Shown here one piece after another: positions 19,443-29,938 of a stretch of DNA of 64,000 nt. The position numbers and the translations under genes were made by a program. Location: the NCBI GenBank assembly GCA_963777155.1, contig CAVZPM010000038.1, forward strand, positions 95,537 through 159,536, read 5' to 3'. Origin of the DNA: Candidatus Bathyarchaeota archaeon. Lineage in GTDB: Archaea; Thermoproteota; Bathyarchaeia; Bathyarchaeales; Bathycorpusculaceae. The stretch's first letter is position 1, and each line of letters opens with the position of its first letter. The notes below the pieces were generated by a model. The model was not told the DNA's origin and searched no databases. It saw only the letters and a list, made by a program, of their open reading frames with translations.

Positions 19443-21511
19443 TTGGAATGGTCTCCTTTGGATGGGCAACTGGGGTTCAAGCATTGACGCCAAGGTAGCC
19501 TACCCTTGTAATATACTACTATTGTGGGTGAACTACAGTTTTTACATAAAGTAGTCAATGGTTTAATGACGCCCGTTTGAGGAAGTGGATATGAGGTGTT
19601 GCATTTGTTGTCGAAATAGTTTGTGCAACCCACAAAACGTTTACCAGTTTTTCTAGAGCGCAAAATGACTAGTTGCCCATCTCGGCATTTTGGACACGCG
19701 CCAACGGCGCGTTCATCAAGCTTCACCTTCTGCAACGCCATACTTAACTGGGCACCGATGGTCGCTTCTTTGTCTTTAAGCTCAGAAACAACCACTTTCA
19801 ACGTTTCCGTTGCATCCTGAAGCACTTTTTGTTTGGTTTCCTGTCCCTGCTGGATTGCTTCCATTTCCTGCTCAAGCTTCTTCGTCATCTGGGGTGAAAC
19901 AATAGTTGGACAATATTTTGCGAGAACTTCAACTACCTCAAACCCTACTTCGCTAATAACTAAGCTGTCCTTGCCCTCTATGTACTTGCGGTCGTAGAGT
20001 GTTTGCATGGTTGCAGCTCGGGTGGCTTTAGTTCCTATTTCCTCTTTCTCCATCTTCAAAAGCAGACTACGAGGATTATATCGGGCTGGCGGCTTGGTGT
20101 AGTGGTCACTTAGAATTACCCGCTTAACTCTGACGCTTTTTCCTTCTGTTAGGGGTGGTAGAACACCTTCTTTGGTTTGGGCGTAGGGGGCGTAGAATCT
20201 TTGCCACCCCTCTGAAAGCGTCCGCGCAGCTTCAATATGGAAGAGGTTGCCATTGATACTTACGGTCACCTTAACGCGTTGCTGGATTGCAGGTTTCCCA
20301 AAAACCGCGAGAAACCGTTTAACTACCAAATCAAATATGTTGCGTTCGGCAGTGTCCAGGGATTTTTCAGGCAAATTTCCAGTTGGATAGATAGCTGGAT
20401 GTGCAGGGTCAAACTTTTTGCCCTCATTAGGCTTCAGGGACGACTTAGTAAGTAAATCGGTTGAGTGTTTAGTGTAGGCACCGTTTTTTGAGAGCTTTTC
20501 TAGGATCTTTTTGTAGCCGATTGACGGAGGCAGTTTTTGGCTGTTTGTACGCGGGTAAGAGATCAAAGCTGCCAAGTAGAGGTGTTGAAGTATGTTTGAG
20601 GTTCGCATGGGTGTGTATTTGAAAATTCGGTAAGCTTCACCCTGCAATGAGGTAAGGTCGAAGGGTACAGGAGGATTCTGTAAAAACTCTTCCACATTTA
20701 CGGTTTTTACATGCCCTTCTTTTGTTTTGCAAGATTCCAAAATAGCGGTTGCCTCGGACATGGTTTCAAGGGATTTTTCGTATTCAACTTCAACAGAAGT
20801 TTGGTCTATACTTATTTTCGCAGCTAAAGTCCAATACGGTGTGGGTACAAAACTTTTTATGGTTTTTTCTCGGGTTTCAATGAATCTTAGTGTTGGTCCC
20901 TGCACTCTGCCAGTGCTGAGGGTGGCATATTGCCCGCTGGATTTTTTGGCAGCTTGTGTCAAAGCCCGCGACAGGTTAATGCCGTAGAGCCAATCAACTT
21001 CATGGCGGGTTAACCCTGCTTCAATTATTGAATAATCTAAAGTTGGCAAGAGTTTGCCATAGGATTCTTGGAGTTCTTCCTTGGTGAGGGTAGAGTACTT
21101 CATTCTTTTAGCTGTTTTTTCTTTGCCACCACAGGCGTATTTTAGGATAGTATATCCGATGATGCTACCTTCAATGTCAAAGTCACAGGCATCTACAAAG
21201 TTTTCCGCATTCTCCGCGAGTTGAGTGATGACTTTCAGCCAAGTTCGAATACGCGAGGCTCCTCGTTCCGCTTGGTATCGTGGAACCCACTGATAATCAA
21301 AAACGGGGTAGCTATGCACCTTCTGTTTGCTCGTTATCGTGTATAGGTGTCCCAAGGCTGGAACAACCACTATATTCCCATTTCGATAGGCGTGGTAGTA
21401 TGGAACACCGTTGCTGACTGATTTTCTGGGTTTTCCATCCTCATCAAGCGCTATTGCTATTCTACTTGCGGCATCAGGCTTTTCTGTAACTATTAGCGTG
21501 TATTTTTCCAT
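19439..21511 (-). CDS. topA: DNA topoisomerase I (type IA)
   Basis: VTEKP, DFDIEG, STGRVQGP, ISYPRT, C-terminal Zn ribbons. Confidence 0.96.
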   Translation of the reverse strand: MEKYTLIVTEKPDAASRIAIALDEDGKPRKSVSNGVPYYHAYRNGNIVVVPALGHLYTITSKQKVHSYPVFDYQWVPRYQAERGASRIRTWLKVITQLAENAENFVDACDFDIEGSIIGYTILKYACGGKEKTAKRMKYSTLTKEELQESYGKLLPTLDYSIIEAGLTRHEVDWLYGINLSRALTQAAKKSSGQYATLSTGRVQGPTLRFIETREKTIKSFVPTPYWTLAAKISIDQTSVEVEYEKSLETMSEATAILESCKTKEGHVKTVNVEEFLQNPPVPFDLTSLQGEAYRIFKYTPMRTSNILQHLYLAALISYPRTNSQKLPPSIGYKKILEKLSKNGAYTKHSTDLLTKSSLKPNEGKKFDPAHPAIYPTGNLPEKSLDTAERNIFDLVVKRFLAVFGKPAIQQRVKVTVSINGNLFHIEAARTLSEGWQRFYAPYAQTKEGVLPPLTEGKSVRVKRVILSDHYTKPPARYNPRSLLLKMEKEEIGTKATRAATMQTLYDRKYIEGKDSLVISEVGFEVVEVLAKYCPTIVSPQMTKKLEQEMEAIQQGQETKQKVLQDATETLKVVVSELKDKEATIGAQLSMALQKVKLDERAVGACPKCRDGQLVILRSRKTGKRFVGCTNYFDNKCNTSYPLPQTGVIKPLTTLCKNCSSPTIVVYYKGRLPWRQCLNPSCPSKGDHSK

Positions 21512-21648
21512 GCGTGTTACTTCATTCTTAAATATTGCAGACAGCCTTGCTGTTAAAAGCTTTCCAGTTGTTCATAAAGGCAATTAGGTTTCATGGTTTT
21601 TAGCAATCAATAAATATTCCATACCCATGTAGATACTGGGGAATTTGG

Positions 21649-21819
21649 GTGCCACAACGCGTTATTTGTCATGGTTGTCGCCATATTTTATATGAAGGCA
21701 GTGAACTTAGGCCTCCAGACGAAATTATCTCGCAGCACGACGGGAAATGCCCGAAATGTGACAGAAAGCTGTCACTATTGCCCCTAGACGTAGAAGTTAA
21801 ACCTTTGAGCAAACGCTAA
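21649..21819 (+). CDS. 56-aa Zn-ribbon protein
   Basis: GTG start; MPQRVICHGCRHILYEGSELRPPDEIISQHDGKCPKCDRKLSLLPLDVEVKPLSKR. Confidence 0.75.
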   Translation: MPQRVICHGCRHILYEGSELRPPDEIISQHDGKCPKCDRKLSLLPLDVEVKPLSKR

Positions 21820-22027
21820 GAACAATTTACTTGCTTCGTATGTTAGAGTTGTTTGACAGAAAATTAGATTACGAAGGAAGTTAGGGTGCCACCTTTCTGT
21901 AATAATTCACTCAACTAAACCGTCCCAATCACCTGACACCCTCTGCTTGGTTTTGGAAAGCCATAAATAAATCGCCCATGTGTAAAATAGTACAATCGCA
22001 ATATACATTTGGAAGAGATGGCTTAAA

Positions 22028-24325
22028 GTGGGCGAAGGAATTAAGGAACGACTTGGTAATTTATCAATTCTTAACCGGCTGAGAATACAGGTAAGCCACG
22101 GCACAATCATTGCTTTTGCAGCATTAGTCATGATTCTCTTTGTTGCATTTACAGTTCGCATTTTGCCTTTACGCTGGGAAACCATGTCTCAGGGAACAGT
22201 TCTACTAAACGAATTTGACCCCTATTATCAGTTCAGCATAACCCAACATATGGTACAAAATGGTTTACTTTCACCCTATTGGCCAACCCACTGGATTAAC
22301 ACAATGAAATGGTATCCAGACGGGTTAGACATGTCTACTTCACTACCAGCCCTGCCCATGACAGCGGCTTCAGTTTACCAAATTATTTCAATATTTGGAG
22401 CAAAAATTGATTTGATGACGTTCTGCTCAATATTCCCAGCTCTTATAGCTGTAGTCTCATGTTTAATTCTCTACTTTGTAGGCAAAGACATGGGTGGAAA
22501 AGCGGTTGGTTTATTTGCAGCATTATTCCTCGCTTTGGCGCCATCATTCTTGCAGAGGAGTTCTTTGGGATTCTTCGATACTGAAGTGCCCGGTGTAATT
22601 GGGCTAGTTTTATTCATCTTTCTATTCCTAAGGTCACTTGACGCTAACAGATCCCTACGTGGATCATTATTGTACTCGTTAGGCGCGGCTGCAGCACTAG
22701 GTTACTTCATCGCAGGATGGGGAGCAGCATACTACCTAATCGGATTATCTGTTCTGTTTGTCTTTATCCTGGTCCTACTGAAGAGATACAGCCAAAGAAT
22801 GTTAATTAACTACAGCATAACCTTCGGCTTAGCATTGTTTATCGGAACCAAGGTGCCATATATCTCACAGAGCTACCTGGTTTCAGGTGCAGTCCTACCA
22901 GTTGTTGCAGTTTTCATTGTTCTCTTAGTCGCAGAGATTCTAAGAAACAACGTATCGATGAAAACTAAACTTTCATTGGCTGCAGGAGCTATTGTGGCAA
23001 TCGTAGGCGGTTTCGCTGTTCTGGCCCTAAGAGGGGACATCGGAAGCATAACAGGAAAATTCATCACTGTCATAGACCCATTTATCAGAGCTGCGTCACC
23101 TCTAGTTGACTCGGTTGCAGAACAAAGAATCTCAGCTTGGGGAAATCTCTACTTAGAATTCGGTATTGCAATACTATTCTTCATATTAGGTCTATATTTC
23201 GTGCTCAAAAACCCAACCAACAGAAACATCTTCTTACTATTGTTCGCAGTAACTGGACTCTACTTCTCAGCTTCAATGATACGGCTACTTGTCCTCTTTG
23301 CACCAGCATTCGCCATAATAGCAGGTATAGGGATCATCAGCATGCTAAAACCCTTCTTCACCCTGCTACGAGAAGCACCAAAAACTCTTGCCAAATCAAA
23401 ACGGAGATTACCACGTGTAAGCAAAGAATACAGCGGAGTAGCAGTCTTCCTGATCTTTATGATTTTGGCGACAAACATAGCGTTTTCACCACAAACTGGC
23501 GGAGTACCAAGAGCCATCTCTCAAGCCTACGTTCCAACAGCAATAAGTTCTTCAAGTCTCCCGATAGGAGGATCAAGTTTAACCGCGCCGGTAGGTGCCT
23601 GGCTTGAGGCTATCCATTGGATGCAGGGGAACATTAAGTCAACTGACGTTGTTGTTATGTGGTGGGATTATGGCAACTGGCTAAGTGATCTTGGAAACGT
23701 AACCAGCCTAGCAGATAATACGACAACAAACGCCACGCAGATACAGAATGTTGGCTTCATATTCATGGGTAACGAGAACCAATCGATGGCAATGCTCAAC
23801 TCCTATGGACAGAACCGCGTTAAATACATCGCTGTCTTTGAAGTTCTACAGATATCTCAAGCTTCTAGCGGGTCATCATCCTATGTTGCAAGTCCAGCAG
23901 GATACGGGGATGAAGGAAAATGGGTTTGGATGGCAAGAATTTCGGGACAAAATAAAGACGGTTTGATAAAAGCAGGCTACATGAACCCAGCAACTGCGTG
24001 GACAAACGAAACAACCTTCGGTTCCAGCAATCCAACAACAGGCAGATGGCAATGGAATGATCAAGGCTTAAACTGTACAGTATTCGAATTAATGAACTAT
24101 GCAGAAGTCGACTATGCCACCACCATGACCTCAGCATTAAGTTCACAAGGAATTACCGTCTCCCCAGACCAAACAACCACAGTACCAACATACTTCCAAA
24201 AAGCCTACACAGCTGGACTAAACACAGCACCAGGACAATACGGCGGCTTAATTCCACTTATTGCAATCTACAAGATTGACTGGGCAACATACGACGCTCA
24301 ACATGGCATAACACCCCCAGCCTAA
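22028..24325 (+). CDS. aglB: Oligosaccharyltransferase AglB/STT3
   Basis: EFDPYY, GFFDTE, SVAEQ, WWDYG; polytopic N-terminal half. Confidence 0.96.
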   Translation: MGEGIKERLGNLSILNRLRIQVSHGTIIAFAALVMILFVAFTVRILPLRWETMSQGTVLLNEFDPYYQFSITQHMVQNGLLSPYWPTHWINTMKWYPDGLDMSTSLPALPMTAASVYQIISIFGAKIDLMTFCSIFPALIAVVSCLILYFVGKDMGGKAVGLFAALFLALAPSFLQRSSLGFFDTEVPGVIGLVLFIFLFLRSLDANRSLRGSLLYSLGAAAALGYFIAGWGAAYYLIGLSVLFVFILVLLKRYSQRMLINYSITFGLALFIGTKVPYISQSYLVSGAVLPVVAVFIVLLVAEILRNNVSMKTKLSLAAGAIVAIVGGFAVLALRGDIGSITGKFITVIDPFIRAASPLVDSVAEQRISAWGNLYLEFGIAILFFILGLYFVLKNPTNRNIFLLLFAVTGLYFSASMIRLLVLFAPAFAIIAGIGIISMLKPFFTLLREAPKTLAKSKRRLPRVSKEYSGVAVFLIFMILATNIAFSPQTGGVPRAISQAYVPTAISSSSLPIGGSSLTAPVGAWLEAIHWMQGNIKSTDVVVMWWDYGNWLSDLGNVTSLADNTTTNATQIQNVGFIFMGNENQSMAMLNSYGQNRVKYIAVFEVLQISQASSGSSSYVASPAGYGDEGKWVWMARISGQNKDGLIKAGYMNPATAWTNETTFGSSNPTTGRWQWNDQGLNCTVFELMNYAEVDYATTMTSALSSQGITVSPDQTTTVPTYFQKAYTAGLNTAPGQYGGLIPLIAIYKIDWATYDAQHGITPPA

Positions 24326-24341
24326 GGAAGCATGAAGCAAC

Positions 24342-25226
24342 TTGGTGTTTCCAAAGGTCCCTGACCAACACAAAGTTGGTCGACCTTTAATCCCCAACGG
24401 TTTAGGCGTTCTTTTTGTCCTAACCACCACTGTCTATCTTTTCTCAATTTATTTTTCGAATAAGGTGTTCAGTTTAGGCGTAGACACCTCAGCAAATGGA
24501 GTTTCTGCCGCATTAACTTTAGCAGTTTGCATACTATTTGGCGGCTTCATGGGATTACTTGACGACTTTATGGATTTAAAATGGCGCTACAAAGCCTTCA
24601 TGCCCCTAATCGCTGCGTTACCACTAATGTACTATGCCCTCGAAAACCCTGCTCTTAGAACATCAATATCAATCCCGTTTGTTGGAACAATACAGTTCGG
24701 CGACGCATACATCTTCTTGATAATTCCAATAATCGTTATGATAGTAACCAACACCGTAAACCAGCTTGGTGGACTCAACGGATTAGAAACCGTATGCCCA
24801 GCAATAGTCATCTTAGGGTTAATGGCATTTTCGCCCTCTTACATCTTGATGATTGGACCCCTGTTTTTCTGGCTAATTCTAGCTTACCTCAACGTACGAG
24901 GTAAGATTTTCGTAGGTAATGCGGGATCATTTGCCATAGGAATTACGATCGCCTCGTTCGCAGTAATTTCCGACCTAAAAGTTGACCTCTTAATCTCCAT
25001 TTTACCCTTCATCTTTAACTCCTCAATCATACTGTTAGCCGTGTTCTTTACACGCAAAAGAGCCGGAGTAAAATTCGACGGCGCGAAACTTAGTTCCGAC
25101 GCCAGAAAAAGTTTAGTAACTGTGATAACTTACCACCGCCCCTTAACTGAACGCAAAGTAGTCATAATAATCTCCGCCATAGTTGCCCTATTCACATTGC
25201 TTGGGGCGATAATCCAACTTTTTTAA
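24342..25226 (+). CDS. MraY/GPT-family polyprenol-phosphate HexNAc-1-P transferase (AglH/Alg7-like)
   Basis: GLLDD, NTVNQLGGLNGLE, KIFVGNAGS. Confidence 0.87.
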   Translation: MVFPKVPDQHKVGRPLIPNGLGVLFVLTTTVYLFSIYFSNKVFSLGVDTSANGVSAALTLAVCILFGGFMGLLDDFMDLKWRYKAFMPLIAALPLMYYALENPALRTSISIPFVGTIQFGDAYIFLIIPIIVMIVTNTVNQLGGLNGLETVCPAIVILGLMAFSPSYILMIGPLFFWLILAYLNVRGKIFVGNAGSFAIGITIASFAVISDLKVDLLISILPFIFNSSIILLAVFFTRKRAGVKFDGAKLSSDARKSLVTVITYHRPLTERKVVIIISAIVALFTLLGAIIQLF

Positions 25227-25258
25227 AGAAAAAGCCTACTTAAGATGGGCGTTTTGGG

Positions 25259-28024
25259 TTAAGCCCCAAGGAAACTTTCAAGTCTAGTTAACCCGATTAT
25301 TTCGTCGAAGTTTAATCCCAATGCATCCAAAACTTGGTCAAAGGTACTATGTAGGTAAGCGATGTATTTTTCAACATCCACTTCGTTTCTTGATGTCAAC
25401 TCAACTGGCTTAACGCCGGCGTTAACATTAGGATCATCCGAAGAACTTCCTCGAGATGACGACTTGATAACTTTAACAAAACTAATCATGTCTCCCGCTC
25501 TCAACTCTTTGCCGCTCTTCTGTAGAATCTTAGCGGCTTTCACATGCTGAGGTGTCGTCTTAGTGTAACTTGCAACTTCATCGCCTAAAACCACGTGGAA
25601 TGCGAGGTCGTTCATATCACCCCATTCACGTCGCTTAAGGATGTTGTAGCGTTCGCGTACTATGTTTGCGATGTCTTTTCTGGCCTTCTCGAAATCTTCA
25701 GGGTTCTTAACTTTTGCAAGCCTATCTTTCATCATGTTAAAGGCGTCTTTAATGAAGGTAGGGATGTGTTTTTTCTTGCCTGTCAACCCCTTCACGTCAA
25801 CACTGCCGTCTTCCAGCACGCCGAGGTAGTTCTTTTTACGTGAACTAAAAACCGCATACCTGTACACTTTGTCAACATCAATGCCCATTCCTAACTCATG
25901 CTCTGTGTAGTGGACAACATCTTCAATCTGCTCTTTGGTGGGGTTTTTTAGGAATAAGCTGTCTGTGTCGCCATAGAGCACTTGGATGCCAACGGTTTCG
26001 GCGTGTTTGAGGATTTGGGTGATGCTGTAGCGTCCGATGGCTGCTGTGGCTTCTGCAACTGGCGGGCAATAGAGGTCAAAGCTGTCAGCGCCAAAGACTC
26101 CGTAACTCGCATTCAAGATGACTTTAAGCGCGCCTTGGGTGATGTTGTACCAGCTTCGTAGCTCTGGGGATAACGACTTGTCCTTGGCACGGCTTTTGTA
26201 CCAGCGCACACGCAAATCCCGAAGAGAACCAATCAGCAGACTCTCCAACGCCCGTTTTTCGATGCAGACCCAATGCTGGGTGTCAGGTATTGTGTGTCCT
26301 TTGCAGCCAGGGTGGTTGCAACATATGGATTGGTAGCCCAAGTTCCAGACCTTGATTATGGAGGGGTACAGGCTTGGAAAGTCCATCACGGCAACATTGA
26401 AATGCACACCTGGTGTGGGCTCAACAACGATGGCGCCCTTGTATTTCTTGCCCTTAATGACCGCTGTCGTCGAGGTTTTGCCTTTTTTGGTCAAGATATC
26501 CTCGGCGTTTGGGATAAGCCAATCTTTTTTGCGGTGTTCGCGGTGCATAAAGCTGCGTATCCAGCGGCTTACACCTTGGCGGCTAACATCCTCCATGGGC
26601 ATGCTGGAGATTCTCGTTAAAACCAGCATCAACTTCATGGCAGAATCGTTATCGTGGCTGGTTAGTTTATAGGTGATTTCTGAATCACGCATGCAGTAAG
26701 CTACGAGTTCGCTGTAGTTGAGGTCGCCAAAGCTTTTCTCCAAATGAATTTTTTCCATGCCCAACAATGCTTTGGCGACATCGTCTAAACTGACGTCTTT
26801 GTAGCGTCCGCCGTAAGCGTAGATTTGCACACTGCGGTTGAAGAAGAATTTGTATAGGTCAATGTGGATACCATATTTTACGGTGCAGACTCTTTTGCCT
26901 ATGTCGATTGGTATGTCTTTTTTGTTGAAGCCCAAGTTGTAAGCACGGTGCGCGAGGTATCTTAGGTCGAAGTCGTCACCGTTGAAAGTTAAAATAAAGG
27001 GATAATCCCACAATACGTCGAAGACTTTCTTGATGAGTGCCTCTTCTGATTCGCAGTATTCAACGTCGATGCCCTTAGTTATGGCTGCATCGCCTATTTC
27101 CATGCCCTCACGCCTAAGGACTAGGACGCGTTTTTCGCCGTCGCTGCTGTATATGGAACAGGCGATGACTGGGCATGCTCCTTCACGTGCGTCAGGCACT
27201 CTTGTGGATAATGGCGATAAGACTTCGATGTCTATGGCGGCTCGGCGGAAACTTGGTGCAGGATACTCAAGAAGCTTCGCCCACATCTCAGCGTACTCGG
27301 CATACTCGCGTTCTGCTTCCGTTTTGCAGTCAGCGAAAAGATCTTTGATTTTGTTAAGGTTCTCCGAAGCGGCATTATTTATGCTCTCGACAAGGTTGCC
27401 GTTCTTAACCTCGTAAATCATACCTGGTGATAACTGCCTGTCAAAAATGTAAGATTGATAATACTTGATTTTGGATTCCCAAATCTTGGTGTCGCTGTCC
27501 TGAATTTTGCAACCGAAAACTTCGGGGTAATCCGCTGGGATAATATCTCGGATGGTGTCGCCTGGTTTTCCTCCAATCGCTAATGGGTCTTTACAGACGA
27601 TTTTTGTGACATCAATGAATTTGTCATTTAGGGGATCAAATTTTTTGCTAAGTTGGAACTTTTCAAAGCCTGGGTGGCCGGTGACAGCGGTGAATCTAGC
27701 AAGTTCTTCGGGCTTTAGGTTCGTTACGCAGTACGGTAAATGGCCTGTGTTATCATACCAATAATAGAGGTTCCCCGACTCAGGCTCGTAGAGTTTAACT
27801 ACTGCCTTCCTTAGACGCCCATCATATGAGGCAGACACGAAGTATGAGGGCGGAAGGTTCTCCGGCGCAATGGGCGGGTAAGGTTGGCGCTCCCGTTTTT
27901 TGTGTTTAATTATCGCTTGTTCGGGCGTTTGGACTGCTGGGAACGGCGCTTGAGCTTTAGCCTCTATTTTAGCTGGAGGTTTAACTTGTTCTCTCATAAA
28001 GAAATCTAAAGTAGTACTCGCCAT
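25259..28024 (-). CDS. polB1: Family B DNA polymerase (PolB1 type)
   Basis: AIDIE, FNGDDFD, DFPSLYPSII, KVILNASYG, YGDTDS; no intein. Confidence 0.95.
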   Translation of the reverse strand: MASTTLDFFMREQVKPPAKIEAKAQAPFPAVQTPEQAIIKHKKRERQPYPPIAPENLPPSYFVSASYDGRLRKAVVKLYEPESGNLYYWYDNTGHLPYCVTNLKPEELARFTAVTGHPGFEKFQLSKKFDPLNDKFIDVTKIVCKDPLAIGGKPGDTIRDIIPADYPEVFGCKIQDSDTKIWESKIKYYQSYIFDRQLSPGMIYEVKNGNLVESINNAASENLNKIKDLFADCKTEAEREYAEYAEMWAKLLEYPAPSFRRAAIDIEVLSPLSTRVPDAREGACPVIACSIYSSDGEKRVLVLRREGMEIGDAAITKGIDVEYCESEEALIKKVFDVLWDYPFILTFNGDDFDLRYLAHRAYNLGFNKKDIPIDIGKRVCTVKYGIHIDLYKFFFNRSVQIYAYGGRYKDVSLDDVAKALLGMEKIHLEKSFGDLNYSELVAYCMRDSEITYKLTSHDNDSAMKLMLVLTRISSMPMEDVSRQGVSRWIRSFMHREHRKKDWLIPNAEDILTKKGKTSTTAVIKGKKYKGAIVVEPTPGVHFNVAVMDFPSLYPSIIKVWNLGYQSICCNHPGCKGHTIPDTQHWVCIEKRALESLLIGSLRDLRVRWYKSRAKDKSLSPELRSWYNITQGALKVILNASYGVFGADSFDLYCPPVAEATAAIGRYSITQILKHAETVGIQVLYGDTDSLFLKNPTKEQIEDVVHYTEHELGMGIDVDKVYRYAVFSSRKKNYLGVLEDGSVDVKGLTGKKKHIPTFIKDAFNMMKDRLAKVKNPEDFEKARKDIANIVRERYNILKRREWGDMNDLAFHVVLGDEVASYTKTTPQHVKAAKILQKSGKELRAGDMISFVKVIKSSSRGSSSDDPNVNAGVKPVELTSRNEVDVEKYIAYLHSTFDQVLDALGLNFDEIIGLTRLESFLGA

Positions 28025-28142
28025 CCCCAGTTAACCTCAGCCACACATAGGTACATGGCGATTAAAAGCTTTAGTGACTAAAAACACGCAGAATTGTCCA
28101 TGGTTTAAACGACAAGAAACACGATTGAAGGTTGTTTATTGA

Positions 28143-28271
28143 TTAATATGTTGGATTGATGCACAAACGCATGTGTTTTTCGACTTCTTTTTTGGTATCA
28201 AATACTTTGCCACAATCCTTGCACATGTATTGTCCAGCTCTGGTTTGAGGGGTACTTTTTCGTTTAACCAT
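28143..28271 (-). CDS. 42-aa C2H2/C2HC-type Zn-finger microprotein
   Basis: MVKRKSTPQTRAGQYMCKDCGKVFDTKKEVEKHMRLCINPTY fits Y-x-C-x2-C-x3-F-x8-H-x3-C. Confidence 0.6.
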   Translation of the reverse strand: MVKRKSTPQTRAGQYMCKDCGKVFDTKKEVEKHMRLCINPTY

Positions 28272-28576
28272 TTGACTCAATTCTAGCCATCTCTAAAACA
28301 GAAAAGACGAAAGAAGCATAAACTCATGTGTGCAGATATTCTGTTACACACTCTCATCTTTTCAAACCACACAAAGGAGGGTTCCAAATTATCTACTTGT
28401 TTTGTGTTTTTTTCCTTCTTTGCTAAGTGCATGGACATTGAAGATAGTTTTTGAACAGAGGGTTAGGCACCAAGAATTATTCATGAGGATATGTGGCTGT
28501 CCATATGAAGTAAGATGGCAGCTTGATTTGAATTCTTATTACCTTCGATTACATTGATAGGTTTGTGTGAAAAAAT

Positions 28577-29923
28577 TTGTTACGTGACGCTTGGACTGTA
28601 GCTATAGAGACTCTCAGCTGGATAGAAATGCGCAGACTCAACGAGAGAGCTGCCTTAATGCGGACAGTGAAGCAACTCGGAGTCAAGGACCCAAGCGCCA
28701 TACGTTTCGCTTACGGCTTAGTAGTTGAGACAGAACGCCGAAAAAACCTCATCGACAGATTAATCAATGAAGCTGTGGCACCCAAAAAAATCGGCGAATA
28801 CAACCTGGGCATCCAAGCATTTCTCCGTCTATACGTTCATCAAACCCGTGTGGTTAAGAACTGGGAAAAAATTAATTTAAAGGAAGCTGAAAACATCGCA
28901 AATATGGGCAGAGCCATCCTAGGCTGGCAAACCATGCGCGAAGTAGAACCATTCCTTGGATTTCTTCTAACTAAAAAACTGTCATCAATCATAGAAAAAG
29001 CCAACGAAGTTGAAAAAATCAGTCTTCAAACCTTCCATCCCACATGGTTTGTAGAATACTGCATCAAACTCTTCGGGCAAAACGAAGCCATCACATTTTT
29101 GAACGGAAGCATGAAAACGCCACCAACCTACATCCGCATCAACACATTAAAGGCAACAGAAGAATCAACCCTACAAAAGCTCAAAGAGGAAGGCGTGGAA
29201 CTACAAAAAACCGAGCCCTTAAAATGTACCTACAGGGTTCTGTCAACCAAAAAACCCTTAAACGCCCTTCCAGCGTACGCGGAAGGTTTATTCTATGTCC
29301 AAGACAAAGCAAGTTGCTTTGCCACCCAAGTCGCAAACCCACAACCCGGCAACACCGTTTTTGACGTTTGCGCTGCCCCGGGCGCCAAAACAACTTTCAT
29401 AGCTCAGCTAATGCAGAACCAAGGCAATATAATATCAGTGGATTTCTCTCCTAAACGCATGAAGACATGGCAAAAAGAAACCAAACGCATGGGAGCCCAA
29501 ATTGCTGATCCACTAGTTGCAGACATAAGTGTCTCTATGCCGCTATTAGGAGAAGCGGACCTTGTGGTTTTGGATCCCCCATGCACCAGCACAGGTGTAT
29601 TTGCTAAACAGCCCTCAGCTAAATGGCGTCTCAGCCCCAAATCGATCCAGAATATGTCAGGGCTTCAATGGCAGATGATTAACAATTGCGCCGAAAAAGT
29701 ATCCAAAGGCGGAGTCTTGGCTTATTCTACATGCAGTATAACCATGGAGGAAAACGAGGGCGTAATTGAACGGTTCCTAAAAGAACACCCAGACTTCACC
29801 TTAGCCGACATTGAGCCCAAAATCGGCATGCCAGGACTGAATGGCTTAACTAAATGCCAGCGACTCTATCCACACATCCACCAATGCAACGGATTCTTCA
29901 TAGCAAAACTACAAAAACAATGA
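28577..29923 (+). CDS. RsmB/NOL1/NOP2/Sun RNA m5C methyltransferase
   Basis: DVCAAPGAKT, LDPPCTSTG, YSTCS, EENE. Confidence 0.93.
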   Translation: MLRDAWTVAIETLSWIEMRRLNERAALMRTVKQLGVKDPSAIRFAYGLVVETERRKNLIDRLINEAVAPKKIGEYNLGIQAFLRLYVHQTRVVKNWEKINLKEAENIANMGRAILGWQTMREVEPFLGFLLTKKLSSIIEKANEVEKISLQTFHPTWFVEYCIKLFGQNEAITFLNGSMKTPPTYIRINTLKATEESTLQKLKEEGVELQKTEPLKCTYRVLSTKKPLNALPAYAEGLFYVQDKASCFATQVANPQPGNTVFDVCAAPGAKTTFIAQLMQNQGNIISVDFSPKRMKTWQKETKRMGAQIADPLVADISVSMPLLGEADLVVLDPPCTSTGVFAKQPSAKWRLSPKSIQNMSGLQWQMINNCAEKVSKGGVLAYSTCSITMEENEGVIERFLKEHPDFTLADIEPKIGMPGLNGLTKCQRLYPHIHQCNGFFIAKLQKQ

Positions 29924-29938
29924 GAAAAAATCGTAAAA

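Noticed and set aside
21883-21942. 9-bp stem AGGGTGCCA/TGACACCCT as a possible guide sRNA
   Set aside because: No convincing C/D boxes or ACA tail; a single short helix is insufficient
28330-28557. 75-aa ORF before the RsmB gene
   Set aside because: No SD or motif, atypical composition; probably spurious
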